Source: Thermoleophilia bacterium
GTDB lineage: Bacteria; Actinomycetota; Thermoleophilia; BMS3ABIN01
Assembly (NCBI GenBank): GCA_041658605.1
Contig: JBAZZU010000011.1
Span: forward strand, 3,300 to 67,299
DNA length: 64,000 nucleotides
Reading direction: 5' to 3'
Below, in pieces: positions 39,793-50,379 of this stretch. How positions within the stretch are numbered: the first letter of the stretch is position 1; each line of letters opens with the position of its first letter. The translations under genes were made by a program, and so were the position numbers. The notes below the pieces were generated by a model. It worked only from the letters and a program-made list of their open reading frames with translations. It had not been told where the DNA came from and searched no databases.

Positions 39793-40446
39793 ATGAATGT
39801 TTTGATCGTTGGTATGGGCAGGACCGGCTCCTATCTCGCCGAGGCCCTGAAGGAAACCGGGACACACAGGGTTGTTGTCATCGAATCGGATGAGAAGAGG
39901 GCCGGAAGCGCGCCTGACGGGATCAAGGTCATCTGGGCTGATGGCTGCGAGCCCTCGGTGCTTGAGGAGGCAGGCGCACGCAACAGCGATCTGCTCGTTG
40001 CCACGACCGGTGATGACGAGGATAATCTGGTCATCTCCCAGCTCGCCAAGGTGCACTTCGGCGTTCCCAGGGTGATCGCCAGGGTCAATAACCCCCGGAA
40101 TCACTGGCTTTATACCAAGGAGTGGGGAGTAGACGTGGCTGTTTCGCCGACTGACATCATCACCAAGATAATAGAGGAGGAGATGTCTCTGGGAGACCTG
40201 GTGACGCTGCTTAAGCTCAAGGGTGGAGAGGTGGCCCTGACCGAGATCAAGCTGGGACCTGAATCGAAGGCAACCGGCAAGCTGGTCAGCGAGCTTGCCC
40301 TTCCACCGGATTCGGTGCTGGTCGTGATAATGAGGGACGGCGAGGTCATAGTCCCGGGCGGGCCTACCAGGCTGAAGGCGCAGGATGAGGTGCTGGCTGT
40401 GACTTCCGTGGACAGGGAACATGTGTTGCTGGAGGTTCTCCAGTAG
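39793..40446 (+). CDS. trkA: TrkA-family RCK protein (second)
   Basis: GMGRTG, TGDDEDNLV, RVNNPRN, TrkA-C domain. Confidence 0.9.
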   Translation: MNVLIVGMGRTGSYLAEALKETGTHRVVVIESDEKRAGSAPDGIKVIWADGCEPSVLEEAGARNSDLLVATTGDDEDNLVISQLAKVHFGVPRVIARVNNPRNHWLYTKEWGVDVAVSPTDIITKIIEEEMSLGDLVTLLKLKGGEVALTEIKLGPESKATGKLVSELALPPDSVLVVIMRDGEVIVPGGPTRLKAQDEVLAVTSVDREHVLLEVLQ

Positions 40447-40449
40447 GAT

Positions 40450-41085
40450 ATGCCGCGGACGATAATCGACATTTCAGTTCCCGTTTATTCGGGGATGGTC
40501 TTTTATCCGGGTGACCCCGGGGCCGAGATCACGGTCAGCCGCAGTATCGCTGAAGGCGACGTCGCCAACATCACCAGGCTCTGCCTCGGTTCGCATACAG
40601 GTACTCATGTCGACGCGCCTCATCATTTCAAGGACGGGAGTGAAACAGTCGACAGGCTGTCGCTGGAGACGCTGATGGGGCCGGCGCTCGTGATGGATCT
40701 GGAAGATGTGGAAAGCTCGATTTCGTGTGAAGACCTCGACGTCGTGGGTCTGGAAGGCGTAAGCAGGCTGCTGCTCAAGACGAGGAACTCGAAGCTCTGG
40801 GAGCATCCCGGGTTTGATAAAGACTATGTTTCCCTGGCGGATGAAGCCGCGGATTACCTGGTTGAAGCGGGAGTCGGCCTTGTGGGGATCGACTATCTCT
40901 CAGTCGAGCGTTTCAGGTCGGATACTTATCACGTGCATCACGAGCTGCTGGGGGCGGGCGTAGTCCTGCTGGAGGGAATAAACCTGGCGGCGGTCATGCC
41001 CGGAAAATATGAGTTAATATGCCTTCCTCTCAATGTCAGGGGCGGAGACGGAGCTCCTGCGCGCGCAGTGTTGATAAAGGACTGA
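40450..41085 (+). CDS. Cyclase family metallohydrolase (kynurenine formamidase-like)
   Basis: HTGTHVDAPHHF, GIDYLS, EG.NL, DGAPARAV. Confidence 0.9.
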   Translation: MPRTIIDISVPVYSGMVFYPGDPGAEITVSRSIAEGDVANITRLCLGSHTGTHVDAPHHFKDGSETVDRLSLETLMGPALVMDLEDVESSISCEDLDVVGLEGVSRLLLKTRNSKLWEHPGFDKDYVSLADEAADYLVEAGVGLVGIDYLSVERFRSDTYHVHHELLGAGVVLLEGINLAAVMPGKYELICLPLNVRGGDGAPARAVLIKD

Positions 41086-41158
41086 CGACCTGCGCGAATG
41101 TGAAGGATTGCATCGATGCGGGACAAGTGGCCGGCGGAGGACAAGCGGGTGGAGCGAG

Positions 41159-43381
41159 TTACTCAGTGACGATAGTCCGGACCGTCCCCATCTTCTCTGT
41201 GACAACAAATGAGGTAACATCGCCGTCGCGCCTGAATTTGAGAGATATCGCCGCTTTCCCAACCCTGAGGCCCTGGACATCTACTTCATTGAGCCATCTC
41301 GGCAATACCGGGTTATTCACGTAGAGAGTGTTCGTGGGAGCGTCGGCTTCGATTCCCAGCAGCGCCTGCAGGACCATGAAGATTGTACCTGAGGCCCAGG
41401 CCTGAGGGCTGCAGGCCACGGGATAGCTGACCGGCCTGCTGATCGAGCGCTTGGTAAAGCCGCAGAAAAGTTCGGGCAGGCGATAGTAATCGTAATGCAG
41501 TGCCGCGTCGAAGAGACCTGACGCCGCCCTTTCCGCCGCCTTGTTGAATCCATACTTCTTGAGACCGCGGATGATGAGGGCGTTATCGTGCGGCCAGACG
41601 CTGCCGTTGTGGTAGCTCATGGGGTTGTAATTGATCGAAGATTTGCTCATCGTGCGTATTCCCCAGCCGGAAAACATGTCGGGCTGCATGAGGCGGTCCG
41701 CTACCTGCTCGGCCTTGTCATCATCCATTATCCTGGCCCAGAGACCGTGGGCCGGATTGGAGGTGATGGTTTTTACCTGCTTTTTGTCTCCGTCCAGGGC
41801 CATGGCGTAAAAGCCTTCGCGCGGCATCCAAAATTCCTCATTGAATTTTTGTTTCAGGTTCTCCGCCTGCCTGGCCAGTTCGTCGGAGCGGTCGCGGTCA
41901 CCCAGAAGGGCAAAAAGTTCAGCCATGCGACGTTTGGCGTAATACACATAGGCCTGCACTTCTGAAAGAGCGATAGGCGTTTCGGCGAGCCTGCCGTCGG
42001 TGTGTACCACGGAGTTACCGGAATCCTTCCATCCCTGGTTCACGAGGCCGCGCTTGGACTTGGTTTCATACTCGACAAATCCGTCGCCGTCAGCGTCGCC
42101 ATAATCGTCTATCCAGTGAAGGGAGTTGTTTATGGCCTCCTTCATCGATTGCGCGAATTCTAGATTGCCAGACCACTTGACGATGTCCGAAAGAAGTATC
42201 AGGTACAGGGCCGTGGCGTCAGCGGTGCCGAAATACGGCGTGTGCGGGATGGCCCGGATGTTGGCCAGCTCGCCGCGCCTGACCTCATGAAAGATCTTCC
42301 CGGGTTCCTCGTCCCGCCAGGGATCGACGACCTTGCCCTGAAGCTGAGTGAAGACCTTGGCGGTCTCAAAAGCCGGATGCGTGTCGAGCATCATGATCTG
42401 GAGGCAGGTGATTATGGTGTCCCGTCCAAAAGGCGTGACAAACCAGGGCACGCCGGCGCTCAGGAAGTAGCCCATCTCGGTTTCCGTGAGCAGCATTCGG
42501 ATATCGCGCTGGCTGCTCCTCAACACCTCGGTAAACAGCTCATTGTCCGTGTGAATCTGGCTGGAGTTCTTGAACCAGGATTCGTAGCTCTTCCTGACGT
42601 CGCCGATAGCCTTGTTGAAATCGGTGGCCGCGGGCGGGGTCGTGGTCGGCAGGATGGGCTCGACGTTGTACTTGATTACCCGCCTCTCCCTTGGTTTGAG
42701 CTGGAAGCGATATATGGCAGTGGTTCCCTCGATGCTTGTGGGCGGTGTTTCCAGCCGGATATCCGTCTTTCGCAGGATGGCATCAAGCCCGTGATACGCC
42801 AGAAGCATCGAATCTTCGGCTATTTTCGGCGCGAGCCTGGTGCCATACTTGGTGCGTTTGGTGCCGCGGACCTCGAACATATCGGCAAAATCGGAATCGA
42901 ATTCGAATTCCAGCGAGATGTCTACCGGAAAATGGTTGTAGTTCTTGATACGGATAAGCTCATACATCTTGCCGTTGATGACCCGGATACGTCTGATGTT
43001 GATGGTTTCCTGGGGGACGACGGTGCCGTCGGCGCACATGAAATCCGCGTTTGTCAGCTCGATCTGGCTCATAAAGCCGCGATCGGCAGTTGAAGAAAGC
43101 AGCACCGGCGTGGAGCCGAAAAGGGTCATGTTGTATGTGCTCAGGAAGCGCGTGTCCTGAAAATAGAGGCCCAGGCCGGAGGTGTCCTCGCGTGCGACAT
43201 TACCCTCTATATCGCTGTAGAGGAATAGCTCGCCTTCCTTGACGACCAGTTTCTCCTTTTTTACATCGACTATGACAAAAGGCTCGCCCTGGGTGAGTAC
43301 GCGGCTGGAGTCTTCGGCGAGTACCTGAAAATACTCGCTACCGATTTTTATCTTCCGGCTGTTTGTCAGGTCAGGAGACAT
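41159..43381 (-). CDS. Amylo-alpha-1,6-glucosidase / glycogen debranching enzyme family
   Basis: AGVPWFVTPFGRD, EEPGKIFHE, NQGWKDS, SYHNGSVWPHDN, RLPELFCG, PQAWA. Confidence 0.92.
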   Translation of the reverse strand: MSPDLTNSRKIKIGSEYFQVLAEDSSRVLTQGEPFVIVDVKKEKLVVKEGELFLYSDIEGNVAREDTSGLGLYFQDTRFLSTYNMTLFGSTPVLLSSTADRGFMSQIELTNADFMCADGTVVPQETINIRRIRVINGKMYELIRIKNYNHFPVDISLEFEFDSDFADMFEVRGTKRTKYGTRLAPKIAEDSMLLAYHGLDAILRKTDIRLETPPTSIEGTTAIYRFQLKPRERRVIKYNVEPILPTTTPPAATDFNKAIGDVRKSYESWFKNSSQIHTDNELFTEVLRSSQRDIRMLLTETEMGYFLSAGVPWFVTPFGRDTIITCLQIMMLDTHPAFETAKVFTQLQGKVVDPWRDEEPGKIFHEVRRGELANIRAIPHTPYFGTADATALYLILLSDIVKWSGNLEFAQSMKEAINNSLHWIDDYGDADGDGFVEYETKSKRGLVNQGWKDSGNSVVHTDGRLAETPIALSEVQAYVYYAKRRMAELFALLGDRDRSDELARQAENLKQKFNEEFWMPREGFYAMALDGDKKQVKTITSNPAHGLWARIMDDDKAEQVADRLMQPDMFSGWGIRTMSKSSINYNPMSYHNGSVWPHDNALIIRGLKKYGFNKAAERAASGLFDAALHYDYYRLPELFCGFTKRSISRPVSYPVACSPQAWASGTIFMVLQALLGIEADAPTNTLYVNNPVLPRWLNEVDVQGLRVGKAAISLKFRRDGDVTSFVVTEKMGTVRTIVTE

Positions 43382-43634
43382 GGCGCCCTATTCCCTGGAA
43401 TTTGGCTAAAGAAATCTGAAACATTGTGTCTTTGGTGCTGTGATAACTCAATGCCGTATAGCTGTGAATTGATTGGCGTATTCTAGCATACAGAAATGGA
43501 TTTCAGGCTAATTGAAGGGCATGGAAGGCCTGATTATTCTCACACTGGATAAATAGTTCTTTGGCGCCGTGCCTGTCGGGTCTATACTTTGGGCTGGAGC
43601 GTATGTCTCCCCGGTGATTTTGTAAATCAAAGTA

Positions 43635-45377
43635 ATGGTGATCCTTATGAATTCACGCAAGCTTCATAGCCAGCGGATGCGATGGGGTCCGGAGGTCGAT
43701 CCGTTAAGGATAGGCTGTGGCTGGGAGCCGGAAGATCTGGATAAACCCTGGCTCCTGGTCGAAAGCTCCGGCGGTGACTCGCACCCAGGCAGCGTGCATC
43801 TGCCGGCGCTGGCGGAGGTGGTCAGCAAGGGCGCCAGGGCGACTGGACTGGCGGTGGGCCGCTATTATTGCACGGACATGTGTGACGGAATAGCTCAGGG
43901 GACGGAGGCCATGAGTTATTCGCTCGCGTCACGAGAGCTTCTGGCCATGGCGGCGGAGATGCATTTTCGCACCGGCCACTTCGACGGCTGGGTAGCGGTG
44001 TCGGGTTGCGACAAGGCGATCCCGGCGCACCTGATAGCGGCCGCCCGTTTGAACGAACCTGTCATCTTTATGCCCGGCGGCGTGATGCATACCGGTCCGG
44101 GAGATATCTCTGTTGACCGCATGGGTGAACTATACGCTAAGTTGAGGCGCGGGGAGGTCAGCGAGGAAGAATATCGTTTTCACAGCCTTACGGCGGCGCC
44201 CTGCGCGGGCGCGTGCAATTTTGTCGGCACCGCCGTGACGATGCAGATCATGACCGAGGCCCTTGGGCTGGCATTGCCCGGTGCAGCCTGCTGTCCGACA
44301 GCCGGACCTGAACATGAAGGGCTGGCGCAGGAGACTGGAAAGCGCGCAGCCGGGCTCATCGCGGATGGAATCCTTCCCGAGCGGATAATAACGCCGAAGG
44401 CGATCGAAAATGCCCTGGTCGTGCACGCGGCGCTGGGAGGCTCCACTAACGCCATGCTTCATCTTGCGGCGCTGGCCGACGAGGTGGGATTCGGGTTCTC
44501 ATGGCAAAAGGTCAACGAGATCAACTCGCGGGTGCCATGGATATCGAATCTTCACCCCTCCGGCACACACACGGCCGATATTTTCTGGCACGCCGGGGGG
44601 GTGCCGCGGCTCATGCTGGAGATTGAGGAGTTCCTTGATAAAGAAGTGATGACGGTGACCGGGATGAGCGTGGGTGAGAATCTGGAAAAACTGAAGAGTG
44701 ATGGTTTTTTTGAAGAACATCCCAGGCGGCTTGAAAACTTCAGCCTTGAATTGCGTGATGTTATCCGGCCTGTTTCAGATCCCATTCATGAACGGGGCAG
44801 CATTGCTGTGCTATCGGGCAATATCGCTCCGCGCGGGGCCGTCTGCAAGCGCTCAGCGGTGGTCCCGGGCTTGATGTCGTTCACAGGCAGCGCCAGGGTC
44901 TTCAATGGCCAGATGGCGGCGTTGGATGCCGTCTTTTCAGGCGAAATCAGGGCGGGTGACGCCGTCATCGTACGCTATGAGGGGCCGAGGGCGACGGGCA
45001 TGCCCGAGATGTTCTATCTGACCGCGGCTCTGGCCTCGGACCCCGAGTTGAATAAAAGCGTGGTTTTGTTGACGGACGGGCGTTTTTCGGGAGCCACCAG
45101 GGGTCCATGTATTGGGCACATATGTCCCGAGGCGGCCGCGGGCGGACCGATTGCGGCAATCGAGGATGGTGATCTTATCCGGGTGAACCTCGAAACAGGC
45201 GAGCTGGAACTCGTGGGAACCAGGGATGGGCATAAGACCGTTGATGAGGTTGAAGACATGCTCAACCAGCGACTGGCCCGTTTGCAGACCTGGGCTCCTC
45301 CCGGGCGTAAAGGACTGCTTGATCTTTATACTAGGCTTGCCGGTCCGGCTGATCGGGGTGCGGGTATCCGCTTCTGA
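43635..45377 (+). CDS. ilvD: Dihydroxy-acid dehydratase (IlvD/Edd family)
   Basis: CDGIAQG, GCDK, GACNFVGTA, GGSTN, GMPEM, TDGRFSG; substrate within the family not certain. Confidence 0.8.
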   Translation: MVILMNSRKLHSQRMRWGPEVDPLRIGCGWEPEDLDKPWLLVESSGGDSHPGSVHLPALAEVVSKGARATGLAVGRYYCTDMCDGIAQGTEAMSYSLASRELLAMAAEMHFRTGHFDGWVAVSGCDKAIPAHLIAAARLNEPVIFMPGGVMHTGPGDISVDRMGELYAKLRRGEVSEEEYRFHSLTAAPCAGACNFVGTAVTMQIMTEALGLALPGAACCPTAGPEHEGLAQETGKRAAGLIADGILPERIITPKAIENALVVHAALGGSTNAMLHLAALADEVGFGFSWQKVNEINSRVPWISNLHPSGTHTADIFWHAGGVPRLMLEIEEFLDKEVMTVTGMSVGENLEKLKSDGFFEEHPRRLENFSLELRDVIRPVSDPIHERGSIAVLSGNIAPRGAVCKRSAVVPGLMSFTGSARVFNGQMAALDAVFSGEIRAGDAVIVRYEGPRATGMPEMFYLTAALASDPELNKSVVLLTDGRFSGATRGPCIGHICPEAAAGGPIAAIEDGDLIRVNLETGELELVGTRDGHKTVDEVEDMLNQRLARLQTWAPPGRKGLLDLYTRLAGPADRGAGIRF

Positions 45378-45459
45378 TTTCTCCCGTTTATACCGATAAA
45401 CCGGCATTACTCATGATGCATTCGGTTTGAAGTGAAGCCTGGATAGGGAAATTATACTT

Positions 45460-47916
45460 ATGGACCGGTCTGAAAATAGACGGAAGAGATTTCTTGCCGC
45501 ATTAGGCGGCAGACAACTGGTATCAGGTAAGCATCGTACGCGGCAGGCCATAGACAGCAGGAATCTGGACAATATATCGCTTCCCGAACGCACCCAGCAA
45601 AAAAGCTTCAGGGTACTCCGTGACCTGGTTGTGGTCTTTTTCTTCTTCGCACTCGCGTTTGTCCTGACCTCGGTCTTCGACCTTCATAACTCGTTCGAGG
45701 CTGCTTCGATCGAGCTCAAGGACAGCCCTTTCCAGTATGACGAACTTATTGTCGCTCTCGCCATCCTTGCAGCCGCCTTAAGCGTTTTTGCCATGCGTCG
45801 CTGGCGCGAACTCGAAGTTGAGATTGTAGAGCGAGTCGAGATTGAAGAGGCGCTGGTCGAAAGCGAGGAGCGTTACCGGACCTTGGCGGAAGCCGCACAG
45901 GATTTCATCTTCATCCTCGATCGCGACGGGAAGATAAAATATCTGAACAGCTACGCAGCGGAGAAGCTCGGCAGCCTGCCGCGGGAGATTATCGGCAAGA
46001 GGCAGGATGACGTATTTCCCCAGGATATGGCAGACCAGCAGCAGCTTGTTTTGAGCGAAGTGTTCAGCACTGGAAAACCGCTAAATTTTGAGAGCCAGGC
46101 ATTGTTTGATGGACAGTCATCATGGCAGAGCACATCCATGGTACCTATAAAAGACAAGGTTACGGGAAAGTTCGGAGCCGTCCTCGGCATATCTCGTGAC
46201 ATCACGGGACGCAAGCGGGCGGAGGACGCCCTCCAGCAGACTTCAGACGGGCTTGAGGCCGTCGTCGCCAGACGGACTGGAGAGCTTGAGAAACTCAATG
46301 AGCGGCTGCGTCTCGAGCTTGATGAGAAGAAACTTGCGGAAGAGCGGCTTCAGGCGGTAAACAGAGCCCTCAGGACTTCGATGGCAGCCGATCACGCGCT
46401 TATCGGGGCGTCCGGAGAGCCGGAATTGCTGCGCGACATCTGCAAGGCTGTGGTCGAGGTCGGGGGTTATCGTTTCGCGTGGGTAGGTTTTGTGGAAAAA
46501 GGAGCCGAAAAGCTGGTCCGTCCTGTGGCATCAGCAGGATACGAAAAGGGATATCTCGAGTCGGCAAAGGTTTCTTGGGACGAAGCGACCGAACTTGGAC
46601 GTGGTCCCACCGGCAATGCCATCCGCAGTGGAAAGCCGAGTGTCGTCAGGGACCTGCAGACAGATGTTGGCTATCTTCCCTGGCGTGCTGAGGCCCTTAC
46701 GCGGGGCTATGCGTCAACTGTGGCCCTGCCATTGAGCGCCAGCGGCGTTTCGTTCGGCTCCCTGAATATTTATGCTTCAGACCCCGATGCTTTCGACGCG
46801 GAAGAAGTTGAGCTTCTTATGGGGCTTGCCGGCGACCTTTCATATGGAATAAACGCGCTTCGTACCAGGGGCGAGCGTGACGAGCAGGCAGTGGCCCTCA
46901 GGCGAACCGGTGAGCAGTTGTCCCTGCTGCTCGAGTCACTGCCGATCGTCTTTTATACGAGCAGGGCTGAAGATGATTTCGGCGTCACTTATGTCAGCAG
47001 CAACGTCGAGATGGTTACCGGCCACAAGCCGGCGGATCTGGTCTCCGACCCCTCATTCTGGATAGATCATATCCATCCTGAGGACGCGCCGCGGGTTTTT
47101 GAAGAGCTGCCTAAAGTATTTCAGAAAGGCTATCACGAGTACGAATACCGGTGGCGGTCAGCGGATGGTTCTTACAAGTGGTTTCTCGATATCCTGCGTC
47201 TGGTGCAGCCTGATGGCGCTGAGGTTGGATACATCGTCGGGATGTGGCTGGATATCACCGCCCGCAAGCATGGTGAAGAATCCCTGATGAAGGTCAAGGA
47301 CCAGCTGGAGGATGACGTGGAGGAGAGGCTGGTTGAGCTGAAGCAGACCGCGGCCAGGTTACAGGAAAAGACTGATGAGCTCGAGCGCCTCAGGAGGGGC
47401 GAACGGCTTACCGGCGAACTTGATGAGCTATTACAGAGCTGTCTTACTGTGGAAGAAGCCTGCGCGGCATTCGCCCTGTCGGCCGCTGATATCTTCTCTG
47501 ATTCTTCGGGAGCCCTCTATATTTTTGACGACTTAAGCCAGCTTTATAAGGTCTCTGGTTCGTGGGGTGAATATCCGCCGGCCAGGATGGAGTTCACGGC
47601 TGACGAATGCTGGTCTCTCCGGCAGGGGCAACCCCATATTTTCACTCAGGGCGGCCATGGGATGCCTTGTCCGCACGTCGGGAAGGAGGCGTCCTCGGAA
47701 TATATGAACCATAACAAGGATGAAGAAGACGGCCCTGCTTATGTCTGTATGCCGGTCAAGGCAGCCGGATCCACATTGGGTGTTCTGCACATCCTCATTA
47801 AGACGGGCAGTCAGACAGACGAAAAGCAGCTCGAAGAGGTACAGCGGCTGGCGCAGGCCATAGCGGGAGACATGGGCATGACATTATTCAATCTCAGATT
47901 GCGGGAGGCCGGGTAG
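45460..47916 (+). CDS. Membrane-anchored PAS-GAF-PAS-GAF sensor lacking an output domain
   Basis: Two TM, PAS (ISRDIT), GAF (RGPTG..A), PAS (IHPED, WLDIT), GAF ending LFNLRLREAG-stop. Confidence 0.8.
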   Translation: MDRSENRRKRFLAALGGRQLVSGKHRTRQAIDSRNLDNISLPERTQQKSFRVLRDLVVVFFFFALAFVLTSVFDLHNSFEAASIELKDSPFQYDELIVALAILAAALSVFAMRRWRELEVEIVERVEIEEALVESEERYRTLAEAAQDFIFILDRDGKIKYLNSYAAEKLGSLPREIIGKRQDDVFPQDMADQQQLVLSEVFSTGKPLNFESQALFDGQSSWQSTSMVPIKDKVTGKFGAVLGISRDITGRKRAEDALQQTSDGLEAVVARRTGELEKLNERLRLELDEKKLAEERLQAVNRALRTSMAADHALIGASGEPELLRDICKAVVEVGGYRFAWVGFVEKGAEKLVRPVASAGYEKGYLESAKVSWDEATELGRGPTGNAIRSGKPSVVRDLQTDVGYLPWRAEALTRGYASTVALPLSASGVSFGSLNIYASDPDAFDAEEVELLMGLAGDLSYGINALRTRGERDEQAVALRRTGEQLSLLLESLPIVFYTSRAEDDFGVTYVSSNVEMVTGHKPADLVSDPSFWIDHIHPEDAPRVFEELPKVFQKGYHEYEYRWRSADGSYKWFLDILRLVQPDGAEVGYIVGMWLDITARKHGEESLMKVKDQLEDDVEERLVELKQTAARLQEKTDELERLRRGERLTGELDELLQSCLTVEEACAAFALSAADIFSDSSGALYIFDDLSQLYKVSGSWGEYPPARMEFTADECWSLRQGQPHIFTQGGHGMPCPHVGKEASSEYMNHNKDEEDGPAYVCMPVKAAGSTLGVLHILIKTGSQTDEKQLEEVQRLAQAIAGDMGMTLFNLRLREAG

Positions 47917-48099
47917 ATGTATTCAGGCCTTTGCCGGCCCTGGCCTGAGGTACTATTTGTCCAGGATTGGAAAAAGGGAAAATGAGGAATAAGTAGAAAT
48001 GTAGTTCACATTGATTACAAAGCTCACAACTGCGGCGCGAGGGCGGTTTTTTCCGCCCGGAAGGGCGGGGTCGCAGTAGTGGGGAGGCACGGCGGGGAC

Positions 48100-49311
48100 T
48101 TAACGTAGGGCTTGAGTCCCCGCTGATTTATTCCCAAGAAACCATTCCATCAGCTGCCAGCCCTGCTCAAATACACGCTCGCCGCCGGCGGCAGATTCTT
48201 CATCAAAAGTATATCCGCTGTCACCCGTCCGTCCTGGTTCATAGACAAGGAACGGTACCGGCTCATCATTATGCGTTTTTATTGAAATCGGTGTGGCGTG
48301 GTCGGGCACTATGAGTATCCTGTGCTCAGGCCATTCGGACAACCCTTCCAGGATCGTTCCCACCAGTTCGGCGTCGAAGCGCTCGATGGCCGTTACTTTC
48401 GCCGCGGTGTCGCCTGAATGAGAAGCCTCGTCGGGAGCCTCGACATGGACGTAGACGAAGTCCACGCTATCCAGCTCTTTAAGCGCATAGCGTCCTTTGG
48501 CGGCGTAATCCGTATCCAGCCATCCGGTCGCGCCCGGGACATCCACGACTTTCAGTCCGGCGTATTTGCCAAGGCCCTTCACCAGGTCGACCGCCGATAT
48601 GACTGAACCGGTCAGGCCGAAGCGTTCGGTCATGGTTGGCATGCTGGGAGCTTTGCCCTGGCCCCAGAGCCAGATCATGTTAGCCGGCGATTTGCCCTCG
48701 CTTACACGCTTCAGGTTAACGGGATGTTCTGGCAGCAGTGCTGCTGATGCCTCCATAAGGTTTTTGATCCAGTCAGACCCTTCTTCCCGGGGCATGAAGC
48801 CGGCTATCTGTTTTCCGCTGATGTCATGCGGAGGCGTACACTTCGCCCCGAGAGCCTTACCCTTTGATACCAGGATATGCCGGTAGCTCAAACCGGTATG
48901 AAAAGCCGCATCAGCGCCGCCGAGGTTTTCCTCGAGGAATAAGATCAGTTCGCCGGCTTCGGCAGTGGTGATATGGCCGGCCGAAAAGTCGCGCATGACG
49001 CCGTCCTCGATATAGACGAGATTGCAGCGGAAGGCGATGCTGTCGCCCGGAAGGTTGATATCGAGGCTTGCGGCCTCAAGCGGGGCCCTTCCCGTGTAAT
49101 ACAGGTGAGGATCATAGCCAAGCACGCACATGTTGGCGACGTCGCTTCCCGGAGGAAAGCCGGCAGGTATGGTGTGGGCCAGCCCCACCGTGCCCTTGCT
49201 GGCCAGGCGGTCCATATTTGGAGTGGCCGCCGCCTGCAGTGGAGTCTTCCCGCCAAGTTCATCGCGGGGCTCATCGGCGGATCCGTCGGGAATAAGTACG
49301 ATGTATTTCAT
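48100..49311 (-). CDS. apgM: ApgM-type cofactor-independent phosphoglycerate mutase family protein
   Basis: PDGSAD, PGSDVAN, FRCN, EAPDEASH, PDHATP, THNDEPVP; last gene of hom-thrC unit. Confidence 0.88.
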   Translation of the reverse strand: MKYIVLIPDGSADEPRDELGGKTPLQAAATPNMDRLASKGTVGLAHTIPAGFPPGSDVANMCVLGYDPHLYYTGRAPLEAASLDINLPGDSIAFRCNLVYIEDGVMRDFSAGHITTAEAGELILFLEENLGGADAAFHTGLSYRHILVSKGKALGAKCTPPHDISGKQIAGFMPREEGSDWIKNLMEASAALLPEHPVNLKRVSEGKSPANMIWLWGQGKAPSMPTMTERFGLTGSVISAVDLVKGLGKYAGLKVVDVPGATGWLDTDYAAKGRYALKELDSVDFVYVHVEAPDEASHSGDTAAKVTAIERFDAELVGTILEGLSEWPEHRILIVPDHATPISIKTHNDEPVPFLVYEPGRTGDSGYTFDEESAAGGERVFEQGWQLMEWFLGNKSAGTQALR

Positions 49312-49317
49312 CGAATA

Positions 49318-50379
49318 TTATAAATTGAGGATTTTGACAACCTGATCGAAATCGGCAGCCACGCTGTTCACTTGCGGGCCGGTGCTGATGGCGGTGTCCG
49401 GATCCTTGAGGCCGTGGCCGGTAAGCACGCAGACGACGCTGGCGTCGTCGGGCAGCACGCCTTCAGCCTTCTTTTTGATCACGCCGGCTATACTGGCGGC
49501 CGATGCCGGTTCACAAAATGTGCCCTCCGTCGAAGCCACAAGGCGGTAAGCACTCAGTATCTCATCGTCAGTCACTGAGTCTATGAGTCCATCCGAGTCA
49601 TTCGCCGCGGTAAGGGCCTGGTCTCCCCGGGCCGGGTTGCCGATCCGGATCGCCGTGGCAACGGTCTCGGGATTATCTACAGGATGACCGAGTACCAGCG
49701 GCGCCGCTCCGGCGGCCTGGAAACCGATCATGCGGGGCAGCAACTTATTCCTGCCGGCGTCCCTGTATTCGTTGAAGCCCTTCCAGTATGCGGTTATATT
49801 GCCGGCATTGCCCACCGGTATCGCCAGATAATCGGGGGCGTCACCGAGCGCGTCGATAATCTCAAAAGCCCCGGTTTTCTGCCCTTCCAGGCGGAACGGG
49901 TTGATTGAATTCACCAGCTGGACCGGATACTTCTCTACGATCTCCCTGACCAGGTCCAGCGCCTGGTCGAAGTTGCCGGCGACCGACAGCACCTTGGCGC
50001 CGTGTGTTATCGCCTGCGCAAGTTTACCGGCGGCGATCTTGCCCTCAGGTATGATGACTATGCAACTGATGCTGGCTCTGGCGGCATAGGCTGCGGCTGC
50101 CGCGGATGTGTTGCCGGTGGAAGCGCAAATCACGGCGCTGGCCCCTTCCTCAATACCCTTTGAGACTGCCAGTGTCATGCCGCGGTCCTTGAAACTGCCG
50201 GTCGGGTTCAGCCCTTCAAGCTTGAGATAAATATTCAGTCCAAGCTGTTTGCTCAGATTTGGTGCGTGAAGAAGCGGTGTGCTGCCTTCCGCGAGTGAGA
50301 TGACGGGTGTTTTTTCGGTGACCGGAAGAAAATCCCGGTACCTCTCGATCAGGGCTTCTCCCCTAAACCTGTTGCTCAT
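49318..50379 (-). CDS. thrC: Threonine synthase
   Basis: [42 protein letters not shown]. Confidence 0.96.
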   Translation of the reverse strand: MSNRFRGEALIERYRDFLPVTEKTPVISLAEGSTPLLHAPNLSKQLGLNIYLKLEGLNPTGSFKDRGMTLAVSKGIEEGASAVICASTGNTSAAAAAYAARASISCIVIIPEGKIAAGKLAQAITHGAKVLSVAGNFDQALDLVREIVEKYPVQLVNSINPFRLEGQKTGAFEIIDALGDAPDYLAIPVGNAGNITAYWKGFNEYRDAGRNKLLPRMIGFQAAGAAPLVLGHPVDNPETVATAIRIGNPARGDQALTAANDSDGLIDSVTDDEILSAYRLVASTEGTFCEPASAASIAGVIKKKAEGVLPDDASVVCVLTGHGLKDPDTAISTGPQVNSVAADFDQVVKILNL

